DNA of 63,994 nucleotides, counting the filler, from Reticulomyxa filosa (lineage: Eukaryota > Protista > Foraminifera): NCBI GenBank assembly GCA_000512085.1. It is 24 parts of 24 records of this genome, joined end to end, with 100 filler letters (N's around TTAATTAATTAA, not from the genome) between each part and the next. Parts side by side here need not be neighbours in the genome. Positions count along the whole stretch, not along the records: positions 13,257 to 16,621 come from ASPP01005044.1; positions 16,722 to 19,134 come from ASPP01024047.1; positions 19,235 to 20,250 come from ASPP01000775.1; positions 20,351 to 22,234 come from ASPP01015018.1; positions 22,335 to 24,209 come from ASPP01026299.1; positions 24,310 to 25,545 come from ASPP01024230.1; positions 25,646 to 37,924 come from ASPP01005250.1; 17 more parts are not named here. One strand, 5' to 3'. How positions within the stretch are numbered: position 1 is the first letter of the stretch; the number at the start of each line of letters is the position of its first letter. This document shows positions 13,400-27,651 of this stretch, piece by piece. The translations under genes were made by a program, and so were the position numbers. Under the pieces are notes generated by a model. The model did no database searches and had not been told where the DNA came from. It saw only the letters and a list, made by a program, of their open reading frames with translations.

Positions 13400-14337
13400 G
13401 GGCACGGCATATAGGAAAAAGTATCTCGTTTCCATTTCGGTGTCTTTATTTTTTTATTCAATTTAATACGTATAAAACAAGTAAATGATTTTCCCTTTCC
13501 CTCCAAAAAAAATTATACTCTTTTTTTTTTTTTTTGTAAAAAAAATATTATCTTTCATCATAAGACTTGAAAAAGATTATAAAAAAAAATAAATAAATAC
13601 AAACCCGAGCATCAGGATTAGCTAATCGAACATGCAGGCCTGAATCATCAATGGCGCAAACAGCAACAGAGTGATCCATTTCTTCACAAGCACGTATTGC
13701 ATCAGCGACTTTAGAAAAAGAAATCCAAGCTATCACTTCTTTGCATTCCTTTTCATTCCATTTGTCGCATTTCTGGTCTGTTGTTGGTCTTGTTTCTAAT
13801 GTTACATCCACAATCTTACCATAACAGTCAAAATAATTACAAATTTCTCCTGCGGATGTTCTTATAACATTTGTTTGTGTAAAGTTATTTTTTTATTTTT
13901 ATTTTTTTTTTAAATTACTTTTGTTGAATAAAAATGAAAAAAAAAAAACACACAAACGAAAAACTTACAAGGACGACATATTGGAAACTAGCACCGTTGA
14001 TAATGTCTCTTGTGGACACCAAACTAGAAATACTCTCACTATTTCGTTCTCAAAGATGGCATGGCCCTTTTCTGATATTTTTTACATCGTCAATTCGACC
14101 TTTTCTTATATCGTCTTCAACAAGTCAATATACACATGACAAGAAAAATTATTAACTAATTGCCGCATTGCGGGCATCTTGCGGCTTTAAAAATTGAACA
14201 AGTGTGGCATTCTTTGATAACTTCTCACCGTGCGTCACTGCCTTTTTAATTGGACCAATATCACCAAAGAACTGTTTCAGCTCGGATTTAGTAAATTTAC
14301 GTTGCGATTGTGACAATATCATAACCCAGCGACTCAT
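13400..14337 (-). CDS. Two-RRM RNA-binding protein, paralog A (multi-exon; 3' end approximate)
   Basis: MSRWVMILSQSQRKFTKSELKQFFGDIGPIKK...VQFLKPQDARNAA; second RRM EICNYFDCYGKIVDV...WISFSKVADAIRACEEMD. Confidence 0.75.
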
Positions 14338-14717
14338 TTTCTTGTCCAAATAATGAAACAAACCAACGAACAAAAAAAAAAAAAACTACACAGTTTCCTC
14401 CTTCTTTGAGGAACAAGTGTTTTTTGTTCGTCAGTAATTGCTTATCAGAACATTCATATTCTAAAAATTAATCGTCGAGTCCAATTATTAATTTGAAAAA
14501 TTAAGATTGTACTTTTTTTTATTGTTACATCAAATTCTTGCACGTTATCTTAGAGTAATAATAATACCCCAATCTCCGATCAAGAAATTATGGATTAATT
14601 TATTGAAATAATTCGTACTATCACAAAGATAACGTACGTTCAGAGAAAGTAGAGAAAGGAGAGACCATATTTATTTATTTTTTTTTTTAGCTGTTTATTT
14701 CTTTGGAAAAGTGAGAA

Positions 14718-16621
14718 ATGAGCCGATGGGTCAAGGTTCTGTCACAGTCAAGACATATTTATACTAAAGACCAGATGACCAGTTTCTTTCGTGACATCGG
14801 GTCTGTCAAACGAGTGAAAGCAGACAATGACAATGTGTTGGTCAAGTTCTCAAGCTCCCAAGATGCTCGCAAGGCAGCCATTGGTTAATACTTTTTTCAG
14901 AATATATTACTTTATTAAAAGGTTGAAATTAGCCATTAAAAAAAAAAAATAGAAAAAGACAACAAGAAATTTGGGAATGAAATTTTACGAGTGGTGCTTG
15001 TTTGGTGTCAAGATGAAACACTCTCAACTGTGCAAGTTTCCAATTTGTCACCTTGGTAAGTTTTCATATTATTACTTCTATTAACAGTAATAAGAAAATA
15101 TAAAAAAAAACGAGTATACGTATATAAAATATATACATATATATGTATATATTTTAAAGGACTTCTGAAGCGGAATTGTGCAATTATTTTGACTGTTATG
15201 GTAAGATCGTGGATATAACATTAAAAATAAGGGCACTAGTCTATTACGAACATGGCACCTCGGATGAAAAGGAAAGTAAAGAAATGGTAGCTTTGATTTC
15301 CTTTTCTAAAGTCGCTGAAGCAATACGTGCTTATGAAGAAATGGACCACTCCCTTGCCACTTGCGCCATTGATGATTCGGGTTTGCATGTTCGACTGACC
15401 AACCCCGATGCTCGAGTTTGTGTTTTTATATCTTTTTCAGTTTTTTTTTTTTACAAACAATTTTTAGTATACCGATTAATTTTTTTTTTTCTCCAAAAAA
15501 AAAAACAAACCATTTACCAATTGTATACGTGATCTTTTGTGTGCACTTTTTTTTTTTTTTTTGTAAAAAAAAAAAACCAGATGCCCAAATGGAAACGTGA
15601 TATTTTTTGTTATGTACAATGCCCTTCACATCTTTACCATTCTCTTGTTTCACAGTTTCGTTTTGATTTTTTTTTTTTTTGGTACATATACACAACACTC
15701 GACCATATATGTATATACCTCGACACAGTGTAGTGCATTTTTGTTTGAAGAAAGGGTACAACGGAGTGAAGGGGGGGGAAATTGGAACTGTGAAGGGACA
15801 AAAGAGGATGCTGTAGCCAGGGTCAAAGCTCAGTTAATGACTATGAAGACCAAAGCAAACTAGGAGATGCAAATGAAAGCAGCAAAGAGCAGTCTACCAC
15901 TACCACTGGCGCGAACGTGAATTCGGAAAAAGCTTATTTCAGTCCCATGAGTAGTGACCGCGAAAAAAGAGATAATGAAAAAGTGAATATATTATCACCC
16001 GATGTAGATCAACGTGATCTGTCTGGTTCGGTCAATATTGTCAACACGACTCCACAGCATCGCTCCAGAGCTTCCATTCCTTTTATTACTCTTGATTCCA
16101 TGTTTTGCAAATATATACATACATATATGTACATATATATACATACATACACTTATATAAGTGTATATATTTTTGTCCATACATATAATCGATAATAATC
16201 TATTGTCCATTGTATATAACAAACGTCGAGATCTAAATAATAGAAGCAGTCCAATAAGTCAAGATGACAGAGAATTTACTTCTGTTGATAGGACGGAAAG
16301 CCAGTATACTCCTTCTTCTGTCGTTATCACTCCCTTGTCTCCTGAGACCCCGACGATCTTGACGATATTGACAATATCGACACCACAGACGGCAACGACA
16401 ATGATGGCTGTGTCAATGCCGGGTACGCATAATTCATCAACCAGCATAATGATTCCTGATCACTCAAATACTGGTTGGCGTTCTTTATCTCCTTCAGAAA
16501 TTGCGAGTGCGTGTGATCGTGTTATGACAAATTTTCATCCGTCAAAACCACTTCCTGTTATTTCTGTCGTTAGACATCTCACTTTTTCTCCTCAAGTTTG
16601 TTTGTTTTTTTTTTTTTTTTT
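14718..16621 (+). CDS. Two-RRM RNA-binding protein, paralog B; the downstream Ser/Thr-rich exons (15750-16621) may belong to it
   Basis: MSRWVKVLSQSRHIYTKDQMTSFFRDIGSVKRV...VKFSSSQDARKAA; CNYFDCYGKIVDI...ISFSKVAEAIRAYEEMD; intron positions match paralog A. Confidence 0.7.
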
Positions 16622-16721
16622 NNNNNNNNNNNNNNNNNNNNNNNNNNNNNNNNNNNNNNNNNNNNTTAATTAATTAANNNNNNNNNNNNNNNNNNNNNNN
16701 NNNNNNNNNNNNNNNNNNNNN

Positions 16722-17567
16722 GTTATCATTGTTATTATTGCTTTGTAATGGTGAAATATCAACACACAAAATACCACTTGTATGTCCATTAAAAACATGT
16801 AATGATTTGGATGTTTCAACATCCCATAAACGAATTGTTTTGTCTAATGATCCAGAACACAAATATCTACCACCATTAAATGGTGAAAATTCAATACAAC
16901 CAACACAATGAGTATGTCCATTGAATGTTTGTAATTGCTCATTATTTTTGAAATCCCAAAAATGAATGGTTTTGTCATTTGATGAAGAACAAATAACATT
17001 AAGACGATGATTATGATAATAATATGATGAAAATTTTACACAACGCACAAAATCTGAATGTCCATTGAATGATTGAAGTTGTTCGTTGCTATCAACATCC
17101 CATACACGAACCGTGTTATCAGATGATCCAGAACAAATGAATTGACAATTATCAAATGTGGAGTGATCAATACTATTCACAAAATTGGTATGTCCAGTGA
17201 ATGTATTGATTAATTTGGATGATGAACGAAATGTATCAAACATAAAGAAAATAGTTGCCTGTGTTAACAGTGATGATAAAAATAAGCAAATATATATTTG
17301 TTTATTTTTATAATTAAATGAAAGACAAATAAAAATACGTAACATAATTGACAACTAGTTTATCGAAATTACTTATCCATCCAAATTTAACGTGTAGTGT
17401 TCGAATCCAATGCCGGATAATGATTTGGATCTCTTTTTCATATGGCTAATCCAATTGCAAGCAACACACAATAAATATAATAAAAACTTGAAGACAATTA
17501 ACTTTTGAATAAAACTTACCACTGCTAGTTGAGTTAGAGATTGTTTATCATTGATGAGGGTTGTCAT
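16722..17567 (-). CDS. WD40-repeat protein of an expanded family, 3' truncated; the 5' part may be frameshifted
   Basis: FTGHTNFVNSID...ICSGSSDNTVRVWD, FNGHSDFVRCVKFS, FNGHTHCVGCIEFS...CSGSLDKTIRLWD. Confidence 0.88.
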
Positions 17568-17899
17568 TTCGCAACTGCTTTTATTTTTTTCCTTGGATCG
17601 TCTTCAATGATGTAAAATGGAAAATGTTTAACTTTTTTTCAAGTTCAATGAAGGGACTTCAAAATAGAATTCTGCAATTTTTTTTCTTAATGAAAAAAAA
17701 AATTGATTGTAACTTTTATAATTATGTTTAAAACAATAAATTAAAAATATAATGCTAATGGTTAAAATGAAAATGAAAATATTTTATTTTAAAAATTTTA
17801 AGCCAGACAAAATTAAATTATGTGTGCAAACAGAAAAAATTTATCATGATCCAATGAACTAATTAATTTCAACGAAATAAACAAACCAAAGCAAAGGAA

Positions 17900-19134
17900 G
17901 AAAACATGAGTAAATATTTGTTGAAACTAAAGTAGCTCCAATTTATTTTAGTCAACAATGTTTTGATAAAATTGGACGTCACAATTGAACATATCAGAAC
18001 AAAGTAGTCATTTTATTTGTTTGATTTGCAATCAAGTTGCAAACAATTCAGTTGAAATCAATTGTCCTCAACATTGATTACTGGAAAAAATGGTTTAAAA
18101 TAATTTCTCAACGACAATAATAATGCATATCCTATTCGATTTCATAATGATTGCTAGTATTATAAAGTAAAGATAAGTTAATAAATTAAATGTTATATGA
18201 AGAAACGAAGAATAATAACAAAGACTGAATTTTGTTAACAAATAATCGAATTTCTAAAAAGTCGATTGTCTTCAAGTTTTTATTGGCTTGTGATCGGATT
18301 AGCTCCAAATCATTATCCAGTATTGCATTCGAACATTACACGTTAAATTTGGATGGATAAATGATTTCGATAAAATAATTGCCAATTATGTTATCCTTTT
18401 TTATTTTTCATTTAATTATAAAAATAAACAAATATATATTTGCTTATTTTTATCATCACTGTTAACACAGACAACTATTTTCTTTATGTTTGATACATTT
18501 CGTTCATCATCCAAATTAATCAATACATTCACTGGACATACCAATTTTGTGAATAGTATTGATCACTCCACATTTGATAATTGTCAATTCATTTGTTCTG
18601 GATCATCTGATAACAAAGTTCGGGTATGCGATATTGATAACAACAAACAAATTCGATCATTCAAATGATGTAGATTGTGTGAAATTTTCATCATACCATT
18701 ATCATAACCATCGTCAAAATGTCATTTGTTCTTCATCAAATGACAAAACCATTCATCTTTAGGATTTTAAAATAATGCGTGGTGTTTGTGGTATTGAATT
18801 TTCACCATTTAATGGTGGTAGATATTTGTGTTCTGGGTCATTAGACAAACAATTCGTTTATGGGATGTTGAAACATCCAAATCATTACATATTTTCAATG
18901 GACATACAAGTAATGTTCGGTGTGTTGATATTTCACCATTACAAAGCAATAATAACAATGATAACAGTAATAAAATGAATAATATTGGTGTGATTGGTGG
19001 AAATGGATATACAATTTGTTCTGGATCATTGGATAGAAGTGTTCGTTGTGGGATGTTTGATCTAGTCAACAAATTCAAGTGTTCAATGGGGATGATATTG
19101 CAAAGAAAGCAAAGTTGTTACAAAGCTCAAGTAT
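17900..19134 (+). pseudogene. RING-remnant + WD40 pseudogene, inverted paralog of 16722-17567
   Basis: [19 protein letters not shown] remnant near 18015-18075; WD40 exons nearly identical to the minus copy but with deletions, a TAG and frameshifts. Confidence 0.85.
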
Positions 19135-20350
19135 NNNNNNNNNNNNNNNNNNNNNNNNNNNNNNNNNNNNNNNNNNNNTTAATTAATTAANNNNNNNNNN
19201 NNNNNNNNNNNNNNNNNNNNNNNNNNNNNNNNNNTTTTTTTGTGTTCTAATGTCGATTTCAATTTTCGGATGATGTGGCCATCATACATAACTTTAAACA
19301 TCTTTCTCTTTCTCTTAAACAAAAAAGCTTCTAACCACAGCAAAGTAAAACCAATCTGTAATCAATGACATAGTTTATTCATATCGGTAATTCTTCAAAA
19401 GATAAACAGATTATCTTCTGAAAACAAAAAATATTTTTGTAAGAAAAATGAAATAAGTTTTTTCAATTAAAAAAATATCAGCAAAATTTCTATAAAAAAA
19501 ATTAGTCGCTTATCAAGCCAAAATCATCGCAGGATGGAACAGTCATTTAGCTAAGATAGAAGCTAGATTAAAAGTGGCTAATTTCTTAGTACATACATAT
19601 TAAGGTAGTTAAAATCATTATAATGGTCCTGGTCACTTACCTTTTATAAAATTTCATGCATACACTTTTTTTTTTTTGTGCCAAAACTTCTCTTTATGTA
19701 ACATTTTCCAACTAATTTTGTTTGTGTTTATGTATATGATTATGTGATGTTATGCCAAGATATTTGTTATTTTTTTTTGTGACATATCATAAAATCATTA
19801 TTATCTTGTCAGCTTGCAAAACTTAGACAGTTGTGAACTGTATATCGCTGTCATATACCGAAAGACTTCAGTTGTAATAACAAAAAATATGCTCAAGTTT
19901 TTTTTTCGTCAAATAATTTTAAAAAATCTTTGTGCACTTTTTTAAAATTTTTTTTTTCTTCAGATCAGAAAAGAAACAAGATTGGTACTTGGCTTGAGGT
20001 TAGATCCAACATTATCTTATTACTCCTAATTACAAAACAAAAAAAAAATATACATATAACAAATAAATACATTATCTTTGTCATTTGTTTACTTTTGTTC
20101 CGTACTACACCTGATGATGCAAAGAAGGAAAATATGACTAACAATGCTCGCTATGAGTCTATCATAATGATGACTCTGATGGAACGCTTAAGTGGAGTGA
20201 TCGAGTGTAGTGCTGGTAGGTTTGTCCGTGTTTATCTTGAAGAAAATGATNNNNNNNNNNNNNNNNNNNNNNNNNNNNNNNNNNNNNNNNNNNNTTAATT
20301 AATTAANNNNNNNNNNNNNNNNNNNNNNNNNNNNNNNNNNNNNNNNNNNN

Positions 20351-20384
<34 letters not shown>

Positions 20385-20855
20385 AAAAAAACGAAACAAA
20401 ACAAAACTTCGCAACACACAACGAAAGGATAGCGAATAAGCAAATCCGAATAAACGTTGACAGAAATAGTAGTATTGGAGTGAAGATATTCAAATGTGAG
20501 AGATGGATTAGTAAGTATGTTCAAGTTTTCCTCAATGGCGTTGATTTGAACTTTAAAGATGTAAGCAATTTCTTGTGACAAAAGTTTTTCGCTGGACTTC
20601 TGGAGTTTATTGCGCAATCCGGACAACTTAGGCATGGCCTGTTCAATGCGAAGACGACGCCGTTCTGGAAATAGCGTTTGAAGGTTTTTGGGCAACGGCT
20701 CGGAGGAATAGGCAAGTGCACAGAGCAGAGTGTTGCCAATATTATTTCTTTGAGGAATTGGGGTCAACAGCCGAATACCCACGACAGGCGGTAAATCCTC
20801 GTGTTCTTTACTTTCATATTTTTCATCGTTGTTGTCATTGTCATTATCATGGCCA

Positions 20856-20899
<44 letters not shown>

Positions 20900-22200
20900 G
20901 TAGTTATGACTATCTTTGTCACTATCGTCATTATTACTCCTATTATTTTTCTCACTTTTTTCTCTTTCTTCATCTTCATTATCATCATGCTCATCTCTTT
21001 TCTTTTTCTTTTTCTTCTTCTTCTTCTCCTCTTCTTTATCGTCCTTGTGTTTGCCCTTGTCTTCAGAGACGGGACGTCGTTCGGGTTGGGTCGGATGCTC
21101 GAACTGCGAATGGAGCATCTCTTGAATTTTCAAAGGCACGGGGACTTTGTGCTCCCACTTACTTTCCTTTTGCTCTCGCAGCTGCGACTGCAATTGCTCG
21201 ATCTCTATCCACGTCTTGTTTTGATGCTTTACAATCAGAGTGGGGTCGATGTTGGTCGCTCGTAAGGCCAATGGCTGCAAGTCGTTGTTCGGAAAAAACC
21301 CGTGCAATTCCTTCACAATCTTCGAATTGTTCTTCAGCATTTGGTACCATTTGTTCACGTCACCCGGCAGCGCATTTTGGTTGTCCAGTATGTACTTCCT
21401 TACCAACTCCAGTCCCAGCTCCCATCCGTGGGACTCTATGGCATCGTTATTTAGCTGAAAACACACAGCCATGCAAAAAAAAAAAGAGTGGCTTCCAAAG
21501 TATTGAGAGGAAAGAGTTGGAGGGGGGGGGAGGAGGAAAAAAAAAAAGGATCAATATATTTACCTCTTCTCTAGTGGGCCAAAAATCTGGTCCTACAGCC
21601 CAATCCATATACAACGACTTGACATCACAAACAAGCAAACAAACATTACAAAGAAATTTTTTTTTTTTTTTCGCATATGTCCTTTTGTGTAACCATTTGT
21701 TTTTTTCAAAAAAAAAAAAAAAAAAAAAAACTTGTGGTTTCGATTTGACCATGAATCGCAATAATCCCCATACGTGCTGGTTTTTTTTCATACCAATTGT
21801 TTTTGGCAGCAAAAAATTGAACGTTGTTTTTTGTTCTTTTTCAAACCCTATTAAACGTGATGACCACAACAGCAATAAATTAAAATTAAGCAAATAAATG
21901 CATTTATTTATTTGTTTACTATTTTATATTATGAACGAAAGAGCGAATTAAGTTAGATTACCAAAAAAAAAAAAAAAAGAAAAAAAAAAGCTTGTAACAT
22001 TCAATGTGACAGTGTCCAAGGAGATACATTTCCCATTGATACTCCATGTCTTGTGGCTGTTTGTTTCGATGTCCATAGGCAACAAATACTTGGTCAGGCT
22101 TCGATGTAATTGTATTGATCCACGTCGACGTGGATTCTCCCAGATCAAACTTAATCCAACAAATTCTGCCTGCAAAGTCTCTTTTTTCTAGTTTTATCCC
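20351..22200 (-). CDS. Multi-exon hypothetical protein with Asn/acidic low-complexity insert, partial
   Basis: 389-aa ORF 20303-21472 plus upstream exon-like segments (~21560-21630, ~21990-22175). Confidence 0.6.
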
Positions 22201-22234
<34 letters not shown>

Positions 22235-22867
22235 NNNNNNNNNNNNNNNNNNNNNNNNNNNNNNNNNNNNNNNNNNNNTTAATTAATTAANNNNNNNNNN
22301 NNNNNNNNNNNNNNNNNNNNNNNNNNNNNNNNNNCAAAAAGTTACTAAACCAGAGTACGTACAAAAAACTCTTCTCTCCCCTTAATTTTTTTGCTGAGGA
22401 TGGGTTGCCAGGTAGTGGCAAATAATAGTAAAATGAAAACTTCAAATGATGTGGCATAAACATGAATACTAAAAAAGCAATATAAGCTTTGAAAACTTGA
22501 TGTTTCCTTAAATTGGCATTATATAAAACAATCACATAAAATTAACTAAAAATTATTGCTAAAGCTAACATTTTACACTTTTTTCGAAGTGTTTGGAATT
22601 GAAAGTAATACAACTTACGATACTTTTAATGATTGATTAATTTTTTCGTTTGAAATATACTAATTGGTATTACTGTGTGAATACAACGGAAGGACTAGGA
22701 TGATTGTGGCTCAATTTGATTTGCGAAAGAAAAAGTGTTTTGTGAAAATTTTAAAAAATGACGTTTGGCCTCAAAAAAAAATGAAAAGCTTAATTTTTGT
22801 TGGCTGGTTATTTGTAAACTATGGCTACTTATTTTTTAACTCTTCAAGTGAACGTATATTGAAGATA

Positions 22868-24150
22868 TCATTTATTTGTATTTTGTTCTGTCGGTTGCAT
22901 TAGAAAAGAAGGTGAATCACCTCCATAAAAAACAACTGACTTTGATTGAAGGAAATCTGAATACAATGGTTGCAAATTTTGACATGACACAGTGACATGA
23001 TGAGTAGTATATGTATCGCCATCAGTCTCTTTTTTATGAATCGAGACTGGATACACTTGATGATCGACATCAAACTTGCCACAAATGTTGCCCATTTGAT
23101 CGTTAAATTCAGTATATCGCGCCAGACCATGAATGCGAACAGGAGTTCCAACAGGTAATGTCCAACTTAAAAGCGTAGATTCAGCTTCTTCGTTGTCTGT
23201 TGTGGATTGTCCAACATCGATGTCCAAAGGATGATCCCGCAAAGTGACTTTATCGTGCCCGGTATGTGCAATCTCATTAAGTTTGGCCATATTTTGACGT
23301 GAGTTCATCAAGTCGAGCTACGTCAATGACATCAACAAAAACATTCCGCATACGAAATACATATATGTATGATATATACGTATACATCTGCAAATAAAGA
23401 AAAAAAAAAATGTACATACTTTGTGTTTATTTTTTGGTTGTCGGAGACATTGATGTAATAATTGAATTGATTTTTTGGGGATGTGAATGTTATGTTGTTG
23501 CAGTAAAGAAAAGAGCATTTGAATATTACGCATCATTACGTTTTCGGTCATCGAACGGCTATTTTGTTTGTAGTATTGAACCAGCAATTCAGTCAACACT
23601 TGTCCAATTTTGCTGAGTGTTGGAAAGTCTTGTATGCCCACAATTGTTAAAGCCTCACAGAGTTGCTTCTTATGTTTGACTGTTCGTGCGACGGGATCAT
23701 ATCGCATATGATTGATGATACACTGTAAAACCATTGATTGTTCATGTGGCGTAAATACGTGCGAATAGGTCTTGCATTCTTGTAAAAACTCCAGCAACTC
23801 GTCCATATCAACACCTTGTTTATTTCTATTTTTTTTTTTACACAGTATTTTATTTACATCAGTCATAAATAATCATAAAAAGAGTTTTTTAATTTAATTT
23901 TTTTTTTTTTTAAAAAAAAAAAAGAAAACTTTCCTTTTAGTTTAACTTGCAAAAGGTGTTTAGTATGGTATACAATAAGCTGTGCGATACTGGTATGGTA
24001 TTATTTGACATCAACTTCCTCACTTCTCGGAAATTTTGGTATGACCCTTTTTCATTGAATTGTTGAACCTGTTGTTTGTCGATATACCACGAGTAATTAT
24101 TTCGGATTTCCTCTCCTCTGTGGAACTGCTTTGCTGTCAGATAGCGCTCG
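22868..24150 (-). CDS. Multi-exon hypothetical protein: helical repeats plus a C-terminal SH3-like beta module
   Basis: ORFs 23318-23866 and 22868-23311; motif LPVGTPVRIHGLARYTEFNDQMGNI. Confidence 0.5.
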
Positions 24151-24309
24151 CGGATCTAACCAACATCAATTTTCACAAAACGTGTTGCTTTTTTTTTTTT
24201 TTTTTTTTTNNNNNNNNNNNNNNNNNNNNNNNNNNNNNNNNNNNNNNNNNNNNTTAATTAATTAANNNNNNNNNNNNNNNNNNNNNNNNNNNNNNNNNNN
24301 NNNNNNNNN

Positions 24310-25545
24310 TTCCTTGACAACATGATGCTCTCATTCTCAATGAATACTCTTCACCCCATTCCAATAGATTATCCTTTTCATCTCCAAAATCAATTGTTCC
24401 ATCTGATGAATCTTTTTTTCCAGGAATTTGTTTAATAATGTTCCATTGTTGTAGATCTTCATTGTCGCTATCATTGAATGCAATTTCCAATTGATACACA
24501 GATAAACCTTTCAATCCTTTTCCAATATCTTCAATTGAATAATTTACAGATACTAATGGATTATCACTAATTTTTGATTCTCCTTTTACTTTTACACTAC
24601 TTAAAGTGATGGATCCAGATTCAACAATGATCATTTGTTGTTTAAGCAATTGATCGATCATTTCAACAAGCTCGTCAATTTCTTTTTTTTCATTGGCGAA
24701 TTGAACATTGATGCAAGCATCAGCTTCCTTTTCGTTATCATTCCAAACAGACCCGCCGATGTTCTTATGTACTTCATCTCTCAGTAGCTGTTGTAACTTC
24801 TCCCGTTTTTCGTTTATGTCGATATTGGGTCCGTTGATACATTCGGTGATTTGTTCATTTTTAATTTTGAACTGTTGTTGAACTTCCTTCAGTTGCTTTA
24901 AGAATTTGTCGAGCAACTCTTTTTTTTTCTTTTTATACGTGTCAATGGTTTCGAATAAATATTCTTGATGTGTCTCAACTGCTGTGATAATTGACTCGCA
25001 CGCCTCGGATATTCCTTGCTCTGCTTTCTTACTGTTTTCTTCTAATTCGATTATTTGAGATTCAACAAACCCTATTTTTTGCGAAACTTGTTTAAATTGT
25101 TCGTAGATCTGATTCATCTTTTCGTGCTCTTTTGGATGCAAAATAATCACCTGCGATGCACTTGGTTTGTCGTATCTTTGCTTCGAACTCCTTATGAACA
25201 CGTGACTCTGAAATTTTATTTAATGCCTTCAATATATCTGCTCGACTCCTCCATCCAATGTTTGCTTCTTTGCACATTTCTCTATCGTTTTTGTTTCATT
25301 GTTGTTACTGTGCTTTTCTTTTTGTTCGTTTATTGATTTTTTGGAAGTTAACTCAATAATCTTGCTCTCTCCATCCCATCAAGTGTTCGAGGGTAACTCC
25401 AGCGATGCTTATCGCCTTTGCTGTGGCTTCTGAGCTGCTTACTTTATGTTCCACGAGGAAAGCTTCCAGCTTTTTTCCGTTCCGTTTCGTCAATTTGAGT
25501 TGTCACTTCCGATTGCCCTTCCATCGTGTTGGATTGTTTTTTAGC
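24310..25545 (-). CDS. Coiled-coil + fibronectin-III-like protein (TRIM C-terminal-like), partial; upstream part frameshifted
   Basis: Long coiled coil followed by beta-rich VYQLEIA...QQWNII...LEWGEEYSLRMRA (FN3-like). Confidence 0.5.
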
Positions 25546-26159
25546 NNNNNNNNNNNNNNNNNNNNNNNNNNNNNNNNNNNNNNNNNNNNTTAATTAATTA
25601 ANNNNNNNNNNNNNNNNNNNNNNNNNNNNNNNNNNNNNNNNNNNNCTTGTTAAATATTTATTCCTTTGTCAAAACTGAAACAAAAACATTCATCATCTGA
25701 ATTACTTCAATTAGTTTTGTAGAAATTTTAAAAAAATTGTCTAAAATCATTAAATTTAGACATCATAAATTAAATCATTTGTAGACCGTTGCAGAATATC
25801 ATTGATATTTCACATAACAAAAAAAGATAGAGTTATATTGTGTTGTTGAGTGAATGAGTTTGTTTTTATTCAATGATTTTTTCCAGTGAGGTTTTCTGAT
25901 TACTTCAGGCTCTTTATCATTTATCCTGATTTTTTTGATGCGCTGCCTATTTCCATTATCAAATCATTCAAAGTATATTATTATCTCCTCCACTGTTTAA
26001 ATAAAAAATAGTCTGGAACCCAATGAGTATTCTTGTATCCGATAAGAGCATATACGCTTGTACTAATTTTTAAGCGTACTAAGCAGCAATAATGATTTCG
26101 GTTTGAGCCACACATTGCGAGTTATAATTTTTTTCAAAACTACCTGTTAAAAAAAAAAG

Positions 26160-27651
26160 ACCTAATTCTTAACAAACTAAAAAGAGTCACTTGAGAGCTA
26201 AAAAAAAGGCAATATCTACCGAACTAAGAAACACCTTCCCCGAAAGAAGAACAATTCACAATTTGTAGATACACGAAAAATCACCCTACGTAAACAATAT
26301 ACAGAAAGCGGAAAAAATAAAATAAAATAAAACAAAAAGAATTCCCTCCTCCACGAAGGGAATTTCGACTACCAAAGACAAGCTGTAGTATCATAAGAAG
26401 AAGATAGTACAGTGGAGCCATCCTAGATGTAACTGGCTACTGTTTTGCCACTGGAAGAAACATCCACTCCAATTTCATAATCAGACGAATGCTGTTGCCT
26501 TTCTTTTTTGATCTCTTCATCCGTCTGCATGTCCTACCATCGGATGGTCCGATTGTATAAACAAGACACCACATGTATATACAGATTTATGTACATTTTC
26601 CTTCCCCCTTTTTCATCCCATTGCCTTACATGCAAACATATTACATTTTTGCTTTTTGAAATAACTTTTGGGAATAATGACCAAAGTTTTGGAAGTAAGT
26701 CGTATTTTCCTTGGCTCTCTTTTCTTGCCTCTTGTTGTGTGAGATATTTCATTCTTTGCGGTGGGTTTGTCTTTCGCTTTGCCTTTTGTTGCGGCACTAG
26801 CTCCATCTTTTTTGTTTGTCAAGTCAAGAGAAAGAGAGAGAGAGAGTAGTGTGATGTAGAAAAGGATGAGTAGAAAAAAAAAAGAAAGTGGAAACAATAC
26901 AAATGGATGCCTGCAAAGTAGTGTCTTCATTGTACTTGTACTCGAGTTTGCCCTCCATCAAGTATGGCTTTGTTTCCTAGCAAATTGTGTTTGTGGATTG
27001 CTCAAATACATAGTGCATTTTTTTTTTTTTTTAGCTCATTCAATTGGAAGGACAAATTCAATCAAAAAATAACAATGTCTTTTTTTTACATAGTTTATTT
27101 TTGTGGCTACATCTCAAAAACATTCCAAAAAAAAGAGTGAATGGAGAAAAGCTTTTCCAAGAGGGAAAAAAAATAGATACGGCATGGATAGTTGTGAGCC
27201 AAATAAAACCTGATCATTTTTCAAAGATGAAAAGGTTTGTCGAATTTGCTCGAGCTTATTCTTTTTTTTTTTGTAATGTAAAGAAGTCACGTTTGGATTT
27301 TTGATTGAGATTGCAAATCAAATCAAAAAGGTACAATAAAAAGAAGCTGACTTGCAAGTACTGGTTTTGTTGTCGCAATTGCTTAATTTGACGAAGCGCG
27401 AGTTGAAGATGACTTTGCGCTGCCGTCTGGAGATGTTCATTCGGACTGCATTGCAAAGTCTCCTTGCAACCAAGATAGCGGTATGGACATTCTGTTGTCA
27501 ATGGCTTGTCTCGACTTCCATATTGAGGGTACTGCAATTCCGTTGCGTCTTTTGCAGCTTGCTTGCACGGCATATCCATATAATCCATATTCTCATGGCA
27601 ACAGCCTTTTGTTGAAATTTCTTCTTGGTTATCTTCCTCTTCTTTTGACAT
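26160..27651 (-). CDS. TRAF-type zinc-finger protein, multi-exon (3' boundary approximate)
   Basis: ECPYRYLGCKETLQCSPNEHLQTAAQSHLQLA followed by a coiled coil; further exon-like blocks downstream. Confidence 0.6.

Noticed and set aside
20716-21897. 393-aa plus-strand ORF with poly-Tyr
   Set aside because: Antisense of the Asn-repeat minus-strand gene
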